Of a DNA stretch of 64,000 nt, positions 1-8,852 are shown piece by piece. A model generated the notes under the pieces. That model saw only the letters and a program-made list of their open reading frames with translations, had not been told where the DNA came from and did not search any database. Numbering within the stretch: position 1 is the first letter of the stretch; each line of letters starts with the position of its first letter. Origin of the DNA: Thermodesulfobacteriota bacterium. GTDB lineage: Bacteria; Desulfobacterota; Desulfobulbia; Desulfobulbales; SURF-16. Position numbers and translations under genes: made by a program. Where the stretch lies: assembly GCA_039714595.1 (NCBI GenBank), contig JBDLJA010000011.1, forward strand, positions 148 to 64,147, written 5' to 3'.

Positions 1-404
1 CGGGGAGCGTTGGCTGGGTACAGACTTCCCGAGAATGCCGCGCCCTTGAGGAGAATAACAGGTATTCTTTCATTTTTGTGCGAAGCGATAATTTCCTTTA
101 GCCGCTGCTGGTTGAACATCTCTAACCCGATCAACTGAACTGTTTTTTCTCTCAGTATTTTTTTTGCTTGGGGTTGGATGATGTCGCGAAGACCTGTTTG
201 CCCTGTTTTATGGTAAATGAGAGGGATGAGGGGCCGGAGAGCAGGGCTGCTGGAACTGGTGGCGGCATTCAGGGCTTCCACCATTGCGGCCTTGTAATCA
301 TCTGAATAGTTGCCGTTACTATTGCTGCCGCTGATCCTGGCAAAATGGAGCAGGCTTAGATAGCTTTCTTTTTTTCGAGGCTGGCTGTAGGTTGCTGTTT
401 TCAT
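1..404 (-). CDS. Nucleotidyltransferase family protein (NTP_transf_5-like), 5' part; runs off the left edge
   Basis: Not in the ORF track. Manual translation from ATG at 404 stays open to base 1: MKTATYSQPRKK...RIPVILLKGAAFSGSLYPANAPR. The LLKG-x6-LYP-x4-R motif precedes the DxD motif in this family. Confidence 0.7.
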   Translation of the reverse strand, partial: MKTATYSQPRKKESYLSLLHFARISGSNSNGNYSDDYKAAMVEALNAATSSSSPALRPLIPLIYHKTGQTGLRDIIQPQAKKILREKTVQLIGLEMFNQQRLKEIIASHKNERIPVILLKGAAFSGSLYPANAP

Positions 405-618
405 AACAGTTGGGTGTTGCGTAATCTGAGCAGTGGAGTAAATAACTATCAACTTTTACGGTTTACTGTAAAAGGGTCATCTTAAAAAAGGAAGGAATAC
501 AGTTTGTTAGTTTTTCCGCAACCCCTTGAAATAAGTGAGAGGCAGGCAGGAAAACGCGCAACAGCGGGCAGAAGGTTAATTGAGGCCTGACTTTATGTAT
601 TTTTGGAGATATTGAACG

Positions 619-1737
619 ATGAAAAAAGCATTAATTACCGGCGTTACTGGCCAGGATGGTTCTTACCTGGCCGAGTTTCTTTTGGAAAAGGGCTACGAGG
701 TGCATGGCATAAAGCGCCGGGCCTCATCTTTTAACACCCAGCGGGTGGACCATATCTATCAGGACCCCCATGTGGAGCACCAGCGTTTTGTTCTCCATTA
801 TGGCGATCTCACCGACAGCTCCAACCTCACCCGTATCCTCAAGGAGGTGCAGCCGGATGAGGTATACAATTTAGCCGCCCAGTCCCATGTTGCCGTTAGT
901 TTTGAGGCGCCGGAGTACACGGCCGATGTGGTTGCCCTGGGGTCCTTGCGCTTGCTTGAGGCCATTCATTTCCTGGGCTTGGAGAAGAAGACCCGCTATT
1001 ACCAGGCCTCCACCTCTGAGCTTTACGGCCTGGTCCAGGAGACGCCGCAGACGGAGACCACCCCCTTCTACCCCCGCAGCCCCTATGCCGCGGCCAAGCT
1101 CTATGCCTACTGGATCACGGTGAATTACCGGGAGGCGTACGGCATCTATGCCTGTAACGGCATTCTTTTTAACCATGAATCGCCGCGCCGGGGCGAGACC
1201 TTTGTCACCCGCAAGATCACCCGAGGGTTGGCCAATATCGGCCTGGGCCTGGATGATTGTCTCTACATGGGCAATATGGATGCCCTGCGTGACTGGGGCC
1301 ATGCCAAGGATTATGTTCGCATGCAGTGGCTGATGCTCCAGCAGGAGAAACCGGTGGATTTTGTTATCGCCACCGGGGTGCAATACTCGGTGCGTGATTT
1401 TATTAAGATGGCGGCGGCGGAGCTGGGCATTAGCCTGCGTTTTGAAGGGAAGGGGCTGGCTGAAAAGGGCATTGTTGAAGCTATTGAGGGCGATAAGACC
1501 CCGGCCTTAAAGGTGGGGGACGAGATTATTGCTGTTGATCCCCGCTACTTCCGGCCCACCGAGGTGGAGACCCTGCTGGGCGACCCCACCAAGGCCAAGG
1601 AGGAGCTGGGCTGGGTGCCGGAGATCACCGTCCAGGAGATGTGCGCCGAGATGGTGGCCACCGACCTGCACGAGGCTAAGCGCCACGCCCTGCTCAAGGA
1701 GCATGGCTATGATATTCCCGTGACTGTTGAGGGCTAG
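619..1737 (+). CDS. gmd: GDP-mannose 4,6-dehydratase
   Basis: [19 protein letters not shown] Rossmann motif, [19 protein letters not shown] (YxxxK) and RDWGHA; GGAG RBS upstream. Confidence 0.98.
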   Translation: MKKALITGVTGQDGSYLAEFLLEKGYEVHGIKRRASSFNTQRVDHIYQDPHVEHQRFVLHYGDLTDSSNLTRILKEVQPDEVYNLAAQSHVAVSFEAPEYTADVVALGSLRLLEAIHFLGLEKKTRYYQASTSELYGLVQETPQTETTPFYPRSPYAAAKLYAYWITVNYREAYGIYACNGILFNHESPRRGETFVTRKITRGLANIGLGLDDCLYMGNMDALRDWGHAKDYVRMQWLMLQQEKPVDFVIATGVQYSVRDFIKMAAAELGISLRFEGKGLAEKGIVEAIEGDKTPALKVGDEIIAVDPRYFRPTEVETLLGDPTKAKEELGWVPEITVQEMCAEMVATDLHEAKRHALLKEHGYDIPVTVEG

Positions 1738-1743
1738 CCATGG

Positions 1744-1785
1744 GGGCAAGGGACAAGGGGCAAGAGGCAAGGGACAAGTTTATAG
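1744..1785 (+). repeat. Heptamer tandem array (RRRCAAG x5) followed by TTTATAG
   Basis: gggcaag ggacaag gggcaag aggcaag ggacaag at 1744-1778, between the gmd stop and the four-helix-bundle gene. Confidence 0.9.
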
Positions 1786-1797
1786 AGGTCAGGGATA

Positions 1798-2145
1798 GTG
1801 GCACGATTTGAGGACTTGAAAGTCTGGAAAAGATCGGCAAGATTGAGTGCTGAACTGTACAAGACCCTTGCCCACCTCAAAGATTATGGTTTTAAGGACC
1901 AGATAACCCGGGCGGGTTTATCCATCCCATCAAACATATCCGAAGGCCATGAACGGGGCACCAACAAAGAAATGGCCAATTTCATGAACTACGCCAAGGG
2001 TTCGGCAGGAGAATTAAGAACACAAATTTATATTGGAATGGATATCGGCTACATAGAACCAGAACAAGGAAAACATTGGCTAAATGAGGCAGAGGAAATA
2101 TCCAGAATGCTCCACGGCCTTATAAAAACAATACGATCCAGGTAA
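1798..2145 (+). CDS. Four helix bundle protein (23S rRNA IVP / Avd-like, TIGR02436-type)
   Basis: [30 protein letters not shown] and [12 protein letters not shown] are hallmark motifs; 115 aa; GTG start; visibly more AT-rich than the flanking genes. Confidence 0.93.
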   Translation: MARFEDLKVWKRSARLSAELYKTLAHLKDYGFKDQITRAGLSIPSNISEGHERGTNKEMANFMNYAKGSAGELRTQIYIGMDIGYIEPEQGKHWLNEAEEISRMLHGLIKTIRSR

Positions 2146-2151
2146 AAAAAG

Positions 2152-2289
2152 AAACAAGGTTCAAGAGGCAAGGGACAAGAAGAAAGAGGCAAGACGCAAG
2201 GGACAAGTCTATAGCATTTGTTCCCCCTTGAACCTTGAATCTTGCCCCTTGAATCTTTCACCTTTCACCTTTCACCTTGAACCTTCAAT
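2152..2289. repeat. Inverted heptamer arrays: 8 x NNN(C/A)AAG, spacer, then 9 x CTT(G/T/C)NNN
   Basis: 2152-2207: aaacaag gttcaag aggcaag ggacaag aagaaag aggcaag acgcaag ggacaag. 2227-2289: cttgaac cttgaat cttgccc cttgaat ctttcac x3 cttgaac cttcaat. Confidence 0.9.
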
Positions 2290-2290
2290 C

Positions 2291-3259
2291 ATGAACCTTT
2301 CATCTAAAATATACGTGGCCGGGCACCGGGGCATGGTGGGCTCGGCCATTGTCCGTTGCCTGGAGAAGCAGGGCAATAGCGATATCGTTACCCGCACCAG
2401 GGGCCAGTTGAATCTTCTTGATCAGGCCGCCGTCCACGCTTTTTTTACTGAGCAGAAGATAGACCAGGTTTATCTGGCAGCGGCCAAGGTGGGCGGTATC
2501 CATGCCAATAACACCTTCCCGGCCGACTTTATCTATGAAAACCTGATGATCGAGGCAAATATTGTTCATTCTGCCCATCTTGGTGGGGTGGAGAAGCTGC
2601 TATTCTTAGGCTCTTCCTGCATCTACCCCAAGCTGGCAGAGCAGCCCATGGGCGAGGACGCCCTGCTCACCGGTCCCCTGGAACCCACCAATGAGCCTTA
2701 TGCCCTGGCCAAGATTGCCGGCATCAAGCTGTGCGAGAGTTACAACCGTCAGTATGGCCGGGACTACCGCAGCGTAATGCCCACCAACCTGTACGGCCCC
2801 AATGATAATTTTCACCCGGAGAACAGCCATGTTATCCCGGCCCTGCTTCGCCGTTTCCACGAGGCGGTGCGGGCGGGCGCTGATGAGGTGGTTATCTGGG
2901 GCAGCGGCCGGCCGATGCGGGAGTTTCTCCATGTGGATGACATGGCCGCGGCCTCTGTCCATGTCATGGAGCTTTCTGAAGATATCTACCAGGCCAATAC
3001 CCAGCCCATGCTCTCCCACATCAACGTGGGCACGGGGCAGGACTGCACGATTCAAGAGCTGGCTGAGACCGTTGCCAGGGTTACCGGATTTAGCGGCAAA
3101 CTTACCTTTGACGCCAGTAAACCGGACGGCACCCCGCGTAAACTCATGGATGTCTCCCGTCTTGATGCCTTAGGATGGCGGGCTGCCATCTCCCTTGAAG
3201 ATGGTCTGCGTGACGCCTACGGCTGGTTTCTCGCTAACCAGGAGGGTTTTAGGTCCTGA
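2291..3259 (+). CDS. fcl: GDP-L-fucose synthase
   Basis: [33 protein letters not shown] and [11 protein letters not shown] at 2291 chosen because the track's upstream extension is only translated repeat. Confidence 0.97.
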   Translation: MNLSSKIYVAGHRGMVGSAIVRCLEKQGNSDIVTRTRGQLNLLDQAAVHAFFTEQKIDQVYLAAAKVGGIHANNTFPADFIYENLMIEANIVHSAHLGGVEKLLFLGSSCIYPKLAEQPMGEDALLTGPLEPTNEPYALAKIAGIKLCESYNRQYGRDYRSVMPTNLYGPNDNFHPENSHVIPALLRRFHEAVRAGADEVVIWGSGRPMREFLHVDDMAAASVHVMELSEDIYQANTQPMLSHINVGTGQDCTIQELAETVARVTGFSGKLTFDASKPDGTPRKLMDVSRLDALGWRAAISLEDGLRDAYGWFLANQEGFRS

Positions 3260-3263
3260 GCTG

Positions 3264-3390
3264 ATAGGTTGGGTTGAGGGCCAAAATCCAACAAAAAGAT
3301 TGTTCTCTGCCTATAAGATCAGCAAATTTTAATCTTTCTCCAACTCCCCAGTTTTATTGTTGGGTTTCATTGCATTCAACCCCAACCTAC
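3264..3390. repeat. Degenerate GTAG-family REP doublet (inverted pair)
   Basis: Left copy ATAGGTTGGGTTGAGGGCCAAAATCCAACAA; right copy read on the minus strand GTAGGTTGGGGTTGAATGCAATGAAACCCAACAA. Lies between the convergent fcl and toxin genes. Confidence 0.65.
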
Positions 3391-3410
3391 ATAGCTTTGC
3401 TCAGCCTTCG

Positions 3411-3695
3411 TCAGCTTTTCTCGGGCCATTGCCGTCCTTGATGAAACACGCGTAATATTGAAATTGTGTCTGAGGAGGCATGATAAATAATTGTGTACGG
3501 TGTCTCGCTTACCACTAACTCCCTTGTCATGTGGATGCGACCGGCTCGGCCCAGGAGGGGATTGTCAAGGAGGAGGCTGACTTTTTGGCTGATACGCCGG
3601 GCAACTCTCTGCGCTGCTGTCGGGTTTTCCCGGGCAATATATGACCGCAGGTCAGAGAGATCGGCCAGGGCGTCTTCTTCCCACCTTATCTGCAC
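3411..3695 (-). CDS. Type II toxin, RelE/ParE family
   Basis: IRWEEDALADLSDLRSYIARENPTAA, NPLLGRAGR, TRELVV, PYTIIY and ILRVFHQGRQWP; overlaps the antitoxin stop. Confidence 0.92.
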   Translation of the reverse strand: MQIRWEEDALADLSDLRSYIARENPTAAQRVARRISQKVSLLLDNPLLGRAGRIHMTRELVVSETPYTIIYHASSDTISILRVFHQGRQWPEKS

Positions 3696-3955
3696 TGCGG
3701 GCCCTTCCCTTCATTCTCTTCGCCCCAACTTGCCAGCCACTCTGTTACCTCATCATGGCCTGCCCATCTTGCCTCTCCCTGATCCATTTTCTTTAAGGCC
3801 TTTTTGATCGCCTTAACCTGCCAGGCCTCATGCTCGACATATTGGCTGATAGCCTGTGACATGAGCCAGGCCCGTGACCTGTCGGCAGCCTTGGCCATCA
3901 TGTCCAGATCATTTATCGTCGCGTCATCAAGTCGTACTGAAACTGTTGTGCTCAT
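3686..3955 (-). CDS. CopG/ribbon-helix-helix antitoxin
   Basis: TTVSVRLDD...LDMMAKAADRSRAWLMSQAI RHH pattern, acidic C-terminus, directly upstream of the toxin, GGAGG RBS. Confidence 0.9.
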   Translation of the reverse strand: MSTTVSVRLDDATINDLDMMAKAADRSRAWLMSQAISQYVEHEAWQVKAIKKALKKMDQGEARWAGHDEVTEWLASWGEENEGKGPQCR

Positions 3956-3971
3956 GCAGCGCCTCCCTTTT

Positions 3972-3989
3972 TGTGGATAGTTGTATACA
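3972..3989. promoter_or_regulatory. Candidate TA autoregulatory operator (TGTATACA palindrome plus related TGTGGATA)
   Basis: Perfect palindrome at 3982-3989 just upstream of the antitoxin RBS; RHH antitoxins typically bind such sites. Confidence 0.35.
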
Positions 3990-4676
3990 TGAGAATAATT
4001 TAATCCTTGTTGTTCGAAAAATCAACAAAGCAGGCACGCATTAGATGGGGTCTAACTAGGCTGACATCTTGAATTAACTCCGTTTGTTCGCCAGAAATAG
4101 CTGTTTTTCCACCTTAGAATTTCCTTTTCACCTGCAAAAAGTGCAGCGTAAGGGGGCAGCTTCTCCCTGAGAGTGAGACAGTCGTTCTCTGTGGTAACCG
4201 TCCGACCCTTTTTGCGCCTTTGTGGTCATGGCGTTTTAAGTAGTTGCTTATGTGGATCAATTTCGCCAAAAACCCAACAGTTTTTTGGGTCATCACGGCT
4301 GGTCGTGGAGTTTCAAGGGGGGGAGAGTGGGGGATGTTTGCCACCGTAACTGCCCTTTGGTATTGGTGCATTTATTAAGTCATAAGTTCAGAAAAAGCGA
4401 GGAAGGGAAAAAATGTCAGCATTTAACTGTTTTCTTTATTGAAAATGGTTCAGAAAGTTGTTATGGAGTAATTCCTAACAGTTGAGTCGCACGCGGGGTG
4501 CGGTGAAAGTTTTGTCAGTTAACTTAATTTGGTCATGGCGCCCTGGGCAAGATTTCTGCGGCTGGGGTTGCCGCTAAAGTTAGCCCCATGGCGGGTTAAT
4601 GGGACACTATTAATTTCTGGGGGCAGAGATAAGCTGGTTCATCTTTTCTCGTCTCCCCCTTTAGGTGGAGAACAGT

Positions 4677-5624
4677 ATGAATAAGAAAACGGTTATCCTG
4701 GCAGCTCTTTTGGGCCTTGCAGTTGTTGCCGGCGCGGTTGCCCTGCGGGGTAAAGTTCAACTGCCGGGTACTTTGCAAACAGAGGTGGCTGTTGCTGGGG
4801 ATGCCATTCCCGCGACTTCCCCCCAGCAGGTGGAGTCTGCCACCCCTCCCGGCGCTTTGAAGCCGGAGATGGAGGCCAGCGAGGAAGCTGCTCCTGCCCC
4901 TGCTCCCTTACAGGAGGCCGCCGTTAAGCCTACTAGCGCGGCGGAAACGGCAGAGGCTGGGGCTGAAGCAGTTACCCCTGTTGTTGCCGTCGAGCCGGTG
5001 GAGGCTGTTAACCCACCTACTAATAAGAGGGAAATAGCTGCCAGCAAGCCGGTCATTTCCCCCTCTCCCGCCAGCCCGCCGCCTCACTCGCTGCCCCCTG
5101 TCGCCCCGAGGGCCGACAGCGGCACGGAAGGGCAGGGCACCGGAGACAAGCTGGACAAGCCCCTTGTCCAGGCCACGCCCCCTGAGTCTGGGCCGGCCGG
5201 TCCCGCCCCGCAAGCGGCCGCGGCCATGAGCCGGGAGGAGATTTTGGCAGAGAGGATGGCAAATGATATGCCCGGCGCCGTTGAGCAGGCCCTGGCCGAG
5301 GGTAGAGGTGTTGACAGGATCATCAGCCAGGCCCTGACCATCGACGGCATGAATCCGCATCAGCTTCTTCTCTCCCTCTGTGAGTCAGGGGCAAATTCCC
5401 GGGACATTACCCAGGCGGCCAGTGAAAACAACATCTCTCCCATAATCATTGCCGCCGCGGACGAGGAGGGCCAGGCGGGGCAGGAGGGGCAGGGTGGGCA
5501 GGAGTCTGATACCCAGGCCTATACCCGGCAGGCGCGTAATAATCGCCGCATGGTGATCCCTACCGTGGTTCGGCAGTTACGGGAGCGGACAGATCTGTTT
5601 GTCTCGCCCTCAAGATTTGAGTAA
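4677..5624 (+). CDS. Exported or membrane-anchored protein with a Pro/Ala/Glu-rich stalk and a C-terminal domain paralogous to 5861..6328
   Basis: MNKKTVILAALLGLAVVAGAVAL hydrophobic N-terminus, low-complexity linker, tail ESDTQAYT...DLFVSPSRFE; GGTGGAG RBS before ATG 4677. Confidence 0.8.
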   Translation: MNKKTVILAALLGLAVVAGAVALRGKVQLPGTLQTEVAVAGDAIPATSPQQVESATPPGALKPEMEASEEAAPAPAPLQEAAVKPTSAAETAEAGAEAVTPVVAVEPVEAVNPPTNKREIAASKPVISPSPASPPPHSLPPVAPRADSGTEGQGTGDKLDKPLVQATPPESGPAGPAPQAAAAMSREEILAERMANDMPGAVEQALAEGRGVDRIISQALTIDGMNPHQLLLSLCESGANSRDITQAASENNISPIIIAAADEEGQAGQEGQGGQESDTQAYTRQARNNRRMVIPTVVRQLRERTDLFVSPSRFE

Positions 5625-5632
5625 GTTTGCAG

Positions 5633-5727
5633 GTTCAAGATAAAAGGGGCAAGATGCAAGGTTGAATGGGATAGATGCACGAACAGTGCAGCCCTATTAC
5701 TTGCCTCTTGCAACTTTCATCTTGCAC
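5633..5727. repeat. Inverted heptamer arrays around a small inner hairpin
   Basis: gttcaag ataaaag gggcaag atgcaag (5633-5660), inner tgcac-gaaca-gtgca, then cttgcct cttgcaa ctttcat cttgcac (5700-5727). Confidence 0.8.
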
Positions 5728-5860
5728 CTAGATCGTTGAAAAAACTCGGTTTCCTAACTAAACCCTTGCCTTTTTTCGGAAAATATGGAACTTATTACAT
5801 GTTGTTGTAATAATTTTATTAATTGCTGAAATTGTTAAGTATTTTGTGGGGAATGGCAAG

Positions 5861-6328
5861 ATGGAATGGTTTAAAGGTTTAAGTTTTTCTCTGGCAATAG
5901 TTTTTTTGGCCCTGGCCGGCCTGGCGCCGCACCCTGCTGCGGCCATGACCCAGCAGGAGTTTCTGACGGCCCTGTTGGATGAGGATAACGATATCCCGGC
6001 TGCCATCCAGCAGGCCCTGGCCGAAGGGATGGGGGTTGAGGAGATCATTAGCCATGCCCTGATCATTGACGGCATGAATTCACACCAAGTCCTTCTCTCC
6101 CTCTGCCAGAATGGCGCAAATCCCCGGGATATTACCCAGGCTGCCAGTGAGAATGAGATCTCGCCCATGATCATTGCCGCCGCGGCCGATGAGTGCTGGG
6201 GGGAAGAGTCTGATACCCAGGCCTACAGCCGCCAGGCGCGTAACAATGCCCGTCGGGTGATTCCTTCCGTGGTTCGTCAACGTCGAGAGCGTACCGATCT
6301 ATTTGTCTCGCCCTCAACCTTCCAGTAA
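5861..6328 (+). CDS. Small secreted helical protein, paralog of the C-terminal domain of 4677..5624
   Basis: Sec signal MEWFKGLSFSLAIVFLALAGLAPHPAAA; tail ESDTQAYS...DLFVSPSTFQ. Confidence 0.82.
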   Translation: MEWFKGLSFSLAIVFLALAGLAPHPAAAMTQQEFLTALLDEDNDIPAAIQQALAEGMGVEEIISHALIIDGMNSHQVLLSLCQNGANPRDITQAASENEISPMIIAAAADECWGEESDTQAYSRQARNNARRVIPSVVRQRRERTDLFVSPSTFQ

Positions 6329-6489
6329 AGAGATAGCTGCCTGTTTGCTTAGCTGAGAAGTCTCCATCGTCTTGGCGCTGATTCAGTTGTTTGTCGCTGC
6401 CCGGGCACTGCGCCCCGCGTAGTATTGTCCTTCCCGTGATGTATGTAATTGGAATTATTCTAAAAAAGTTTGCTCATGGTAATAAAGTT

Positions 6490-7782
6490 ATGAAAATATC
6501 ATTGCTCTCCTGCCTTGCTGTTTCTTGTCTTGCCCTGCCTGTTGCCGTGAGTGGCGCGGAGGTTGAAAGCGCCCAGGCGCCCCCTCAATCAATCGACAAG
6601 GGTGCTTATGTGCCAACCGATGTCTTCGGGACCAGGGGGGGGTATGTCCATCCCTTCATGTCTGTGACCCTGGAAAACTCAGATAACATCAATAACACCG
6701 CCACCAATGAGTTTTCCGACTGGAAGGCCATCTACGCCCCTGGCATCTGGCTGGCCGCGCCGGCCCAGCGGGAGATCTTTCTTAATCTCAATACGGCCAA
6801 CACCTCGCCTGGCGGCCATTACCAGCAGCTGAACAAGCAGGAGGGGTTCAGCCGCTACCAGGCCTACGCCCTCTATGTGGCCGATATCGACCGGTATGAT
6901 GATCACGATGAGCGCGATACCATCCGCCAGTCGGCGGAAGGTTTTTTCCAGTATAACTTCCGGGGCGGCCTCTCCATTGACATCTATGACAAGTTCAAGG
7001 ACTCCGAAGACCCCATGGCCACCGGTGACTCGACCATCATTGATGAGTACAAGAGCAATCTAGTAGGATTAATCCTTGATTATGATGCCACGGACAAGGT
7101 GAGGCTGCGCTTTGATTACAACAACTTCCACCTGCGCTACGATGATCTGCTGAGCCAGGGGCAGGATCGTGACGATAACTCCTACGCCCTTTACACCTAT
7201 TACAACTACTCCCCCAAGACCTCCATCTTTGCCGAGTATGAATTTGTTGATGTGAAGTATGACACCAACACCGTCCTGGACACTCAGCAGCATTACGGCT
7301 ACCTGGGCATGGAGTGGCTGCCCACCGGCAAGACCACCCTGGCCGGCAAGGTGGGTTACGGCCAGCGGCAAGGGGACATAGCCGCCGTTGATGATAGCGG
7401 CCCGGTGCTGGAGCTTTCCGTGAACCATGATTTCACCGTGAAGACCAGCATCAACATCCTGGCCATGCACAAGTTCAATGAGACAACGGTTGCCTCGGCC
7501 CTCTACTCCCAGGACTCCTCCATAAACGTCCTTTTCTCGCAGATAATCACCGATAAGATCGGTCTGGCCATCCTGGCCGACTACACCAAGATGGATTTCA
7601 TGGGCCCCGCCGCCCAGGACCGCACCGATTACTTCTATACCCTGGCCCCCACCCTGAGGTACAGCATGCAGGAATGGCTGGGCGCGGAGATTGGCTACGA
7701 GTACATCCAGCGTGAGTCAAACCTGGATGTCTTTGACTACACCACTAACTCCGCCTTCCTGCGGCTAAGCGCTGGTTTCTAA
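6490..7782 (+). CDS. Outer-membrane beta-barrel of polysaccharide export loci (BBP2/Wzp/EpsX-like)
   Basis: Signal peptide, Tyr/Asp-rich alternating strands, C-terminal ...FDYTTNSAFLRLSAGF BAM signal; directly upstream of the OPX gene. Confidence 0.85.
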   Translation: MKISLLSCLAVSCLALPVAVSGAEVESAQAPPQSIDKGAYVPTDVFGTRGGYVHPFMSVTLENSDNINNTATNEFSDWKAIYAPGIWLAAPAQREIFLNLNTANTSPGGHYQQLNKQEGFSRYQAYALYVADIDRYDDHDERDTIRQSAEGFFQYNFRGGLSIDIYDKFKDSEDPMATGDSTIIDEYKSNLVGLILDYDATDKVRLRFDYNNFHLRYDDLLSQGQDRDDNSYALYTYYNYSPKTSIFAEYEFVDVKYDTNTVLDTQQHYGYLGMEWLPTGKTTLAGKVGYGQRQGDIAAVDDSGPVLELSVNHDFTVKTSINILAMHKFNETTVASALYSQDSSINVLFSQIITDKIGLAILADYTKMDFMGPAAQDRTDYFYTLAPTLRYSMQEWLGAEIGYEYIQRESNLDVFDYTTNSAFLRLSAGF

Positions 7783-7895
7783 CTTGCGCAACGGCTGATG
7801 AGCCGGTAAGCTCTTCCTGGCTGCTGACTCTCGCCTCTGGCGGGTGCTCTGGCCCGGCAGATGTTTAGCCCGGCCTCTGGCGATTTTGCGGTTTT

Positions 7896-7931
7896 CACCG
7901 GTGGAAGCGGCCCTGCTTCCACCGGTGTTTT
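7896..7931 (+). terminator. Intrinsic terminator-like hairpin inside the export gene run
   Basis: CACCGGTGGAAGC-ggccct-GCTTCCACCGGTG (13-bp perfect stem) followed by TTTT. Confidence 0.6.
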
Positions 7932-8012
7932 GCTTTGTAAGTGTAATGTTTTTTTATCAATGACAATTTTAACAAAGTGAGTTGCCAGGCCCCTTGGCCT
8001 GGAGATGGTACG

Positions 8013-8825
8013 ATGAAGCCTTTTAAGATCTTTTTTTGCTTAAGTTTCGCCTTTCTTCTGACCTGCGCCGGGCTGCTAATGCCTGGCGGGACGCTCTTGG
8101 CCGATGAGTATACCGTTGGCCCCGATGATGTCCTGAAGATTACGGTCTACGATCATCCGGACATGGAAACACGGGTGAGGGTGGATGGTAACGGCACCAT
8201 CCTCATGCCGCTCATCGGTCACGTGAATGTGGCCGGCAGGTCCATAGCCCAGGTGTCGGACAAGCTGGCCAGCCTTCTGGGCGACGGTTATCTGGTCAAC
8301 CCCCAGGTCAATGTCTTTATCGAGGGGTACGGCAGTAAGAAGGCGGTTATCCTCGGCATGGTCAATAAGCCGGGCCTCTACGAGCTGAGCGGCCAGACAA
8401 CGCTTTTGGAGCTTATCTCCAAGGCGGGCGGCCTGGCCAGTGACTCGGGCGCCACCGCCACCATCAAACGGTTGAAGTCCGGGGGCAAGAGCGAGATTAT
8501 TACCGTTGATATGCGGGCCCTGATGGAAAGTGGCGACATGAGCCAGAATGTGGCCATCAACCACAAGGATAACGTCTACGTGGCCAAGGCGGGGATGTGT
8601 TTTGTCACCGGCGAGGTGAAGAAACCAGACGCCTATAAGATCGACGAGGATACCACGGTGATCAAGGCCGTTACCCTGGCCGCCGGCTTCACCGGCAAGG
8701 CGGCCAAGTCCAAGATCAGGATTATCCGCATCATTAAAGGCACCAAGAATATTCTTAAGGATGTTGAGCTTGATACCCCGGTTAGGCCGGACGATGTTAT
8801 CGTTGTGCCGGAGAGTTTCTTTTAG
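8013..8825 (+). CDS. Polysaccharide export OPX protein (Poly_export plus two SLBB domains; no Wza C-terminal helix)
   Basis: YTVGPDDVLKITVYDHPD, DGNGTILMPLIG, GMVNKPG and GEVKKPD; ends PDDVIVVPESFF. Confidence 0.92.
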   Translation: MKPFKIFFCLSFAFLLTCAGLLMPGGTLLADEYTVGPDDVLKITVYDHPDMETRVRVDGNGTILMPLIGHVNVAGRSIAQVSDKLASLLGDGYLVNPQVNVFIEGYGSKKAVILGMVNKPGLYELSGQTTLLELISKAGGLASDSGATATIKRLKSGGKSEIITVDMRALMESGDMSQNVAINHKDNVYVAKAGMCFVTGEVKKPDAYKIDEDTTVIKAVTLAAGFTGKAAKSKIRIIRIIKGTKNILKDVELDTPVRPDDVIVVPESFF

Positions 8826-8852
8826 CCTGTCACCTATATTTTACCTTTACCG

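Noticed and set aside
1798-2145. Diversity-generating retroelement or 23S rRNA intervening sequence
   Set aside because: The protein is Avd/IVP-like, but there is no reverse transcriptase, TR/VR pair or rRNA in the window.
2228-2290. N-terminal extension of Fcl shown in the ORF track
   Set aside because: It is the translated heptamer array; Fcl similarity begins at ATG 2291.
3990-4676. Riboswitch, ops/JUMPstart, attC site or small ORFs upstream of the export genes
   Set aside because: No convincing consensus by eye; a lone GTCTAAC has no matching attC structure. An Rfam scan would be needed.
5222-6328. Duplicated segment as a DGR template/variable repeat pair
   Set aside because: The differences are not adenine-specific, they include indels, and both copies are intact coding regions; this is ordinary paralogy.
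4677-6328. PEP-CTERM/exosortase substrates
   Set aside because: There is no VPEP-TM-basic tail, and no exosortase gene in the window.
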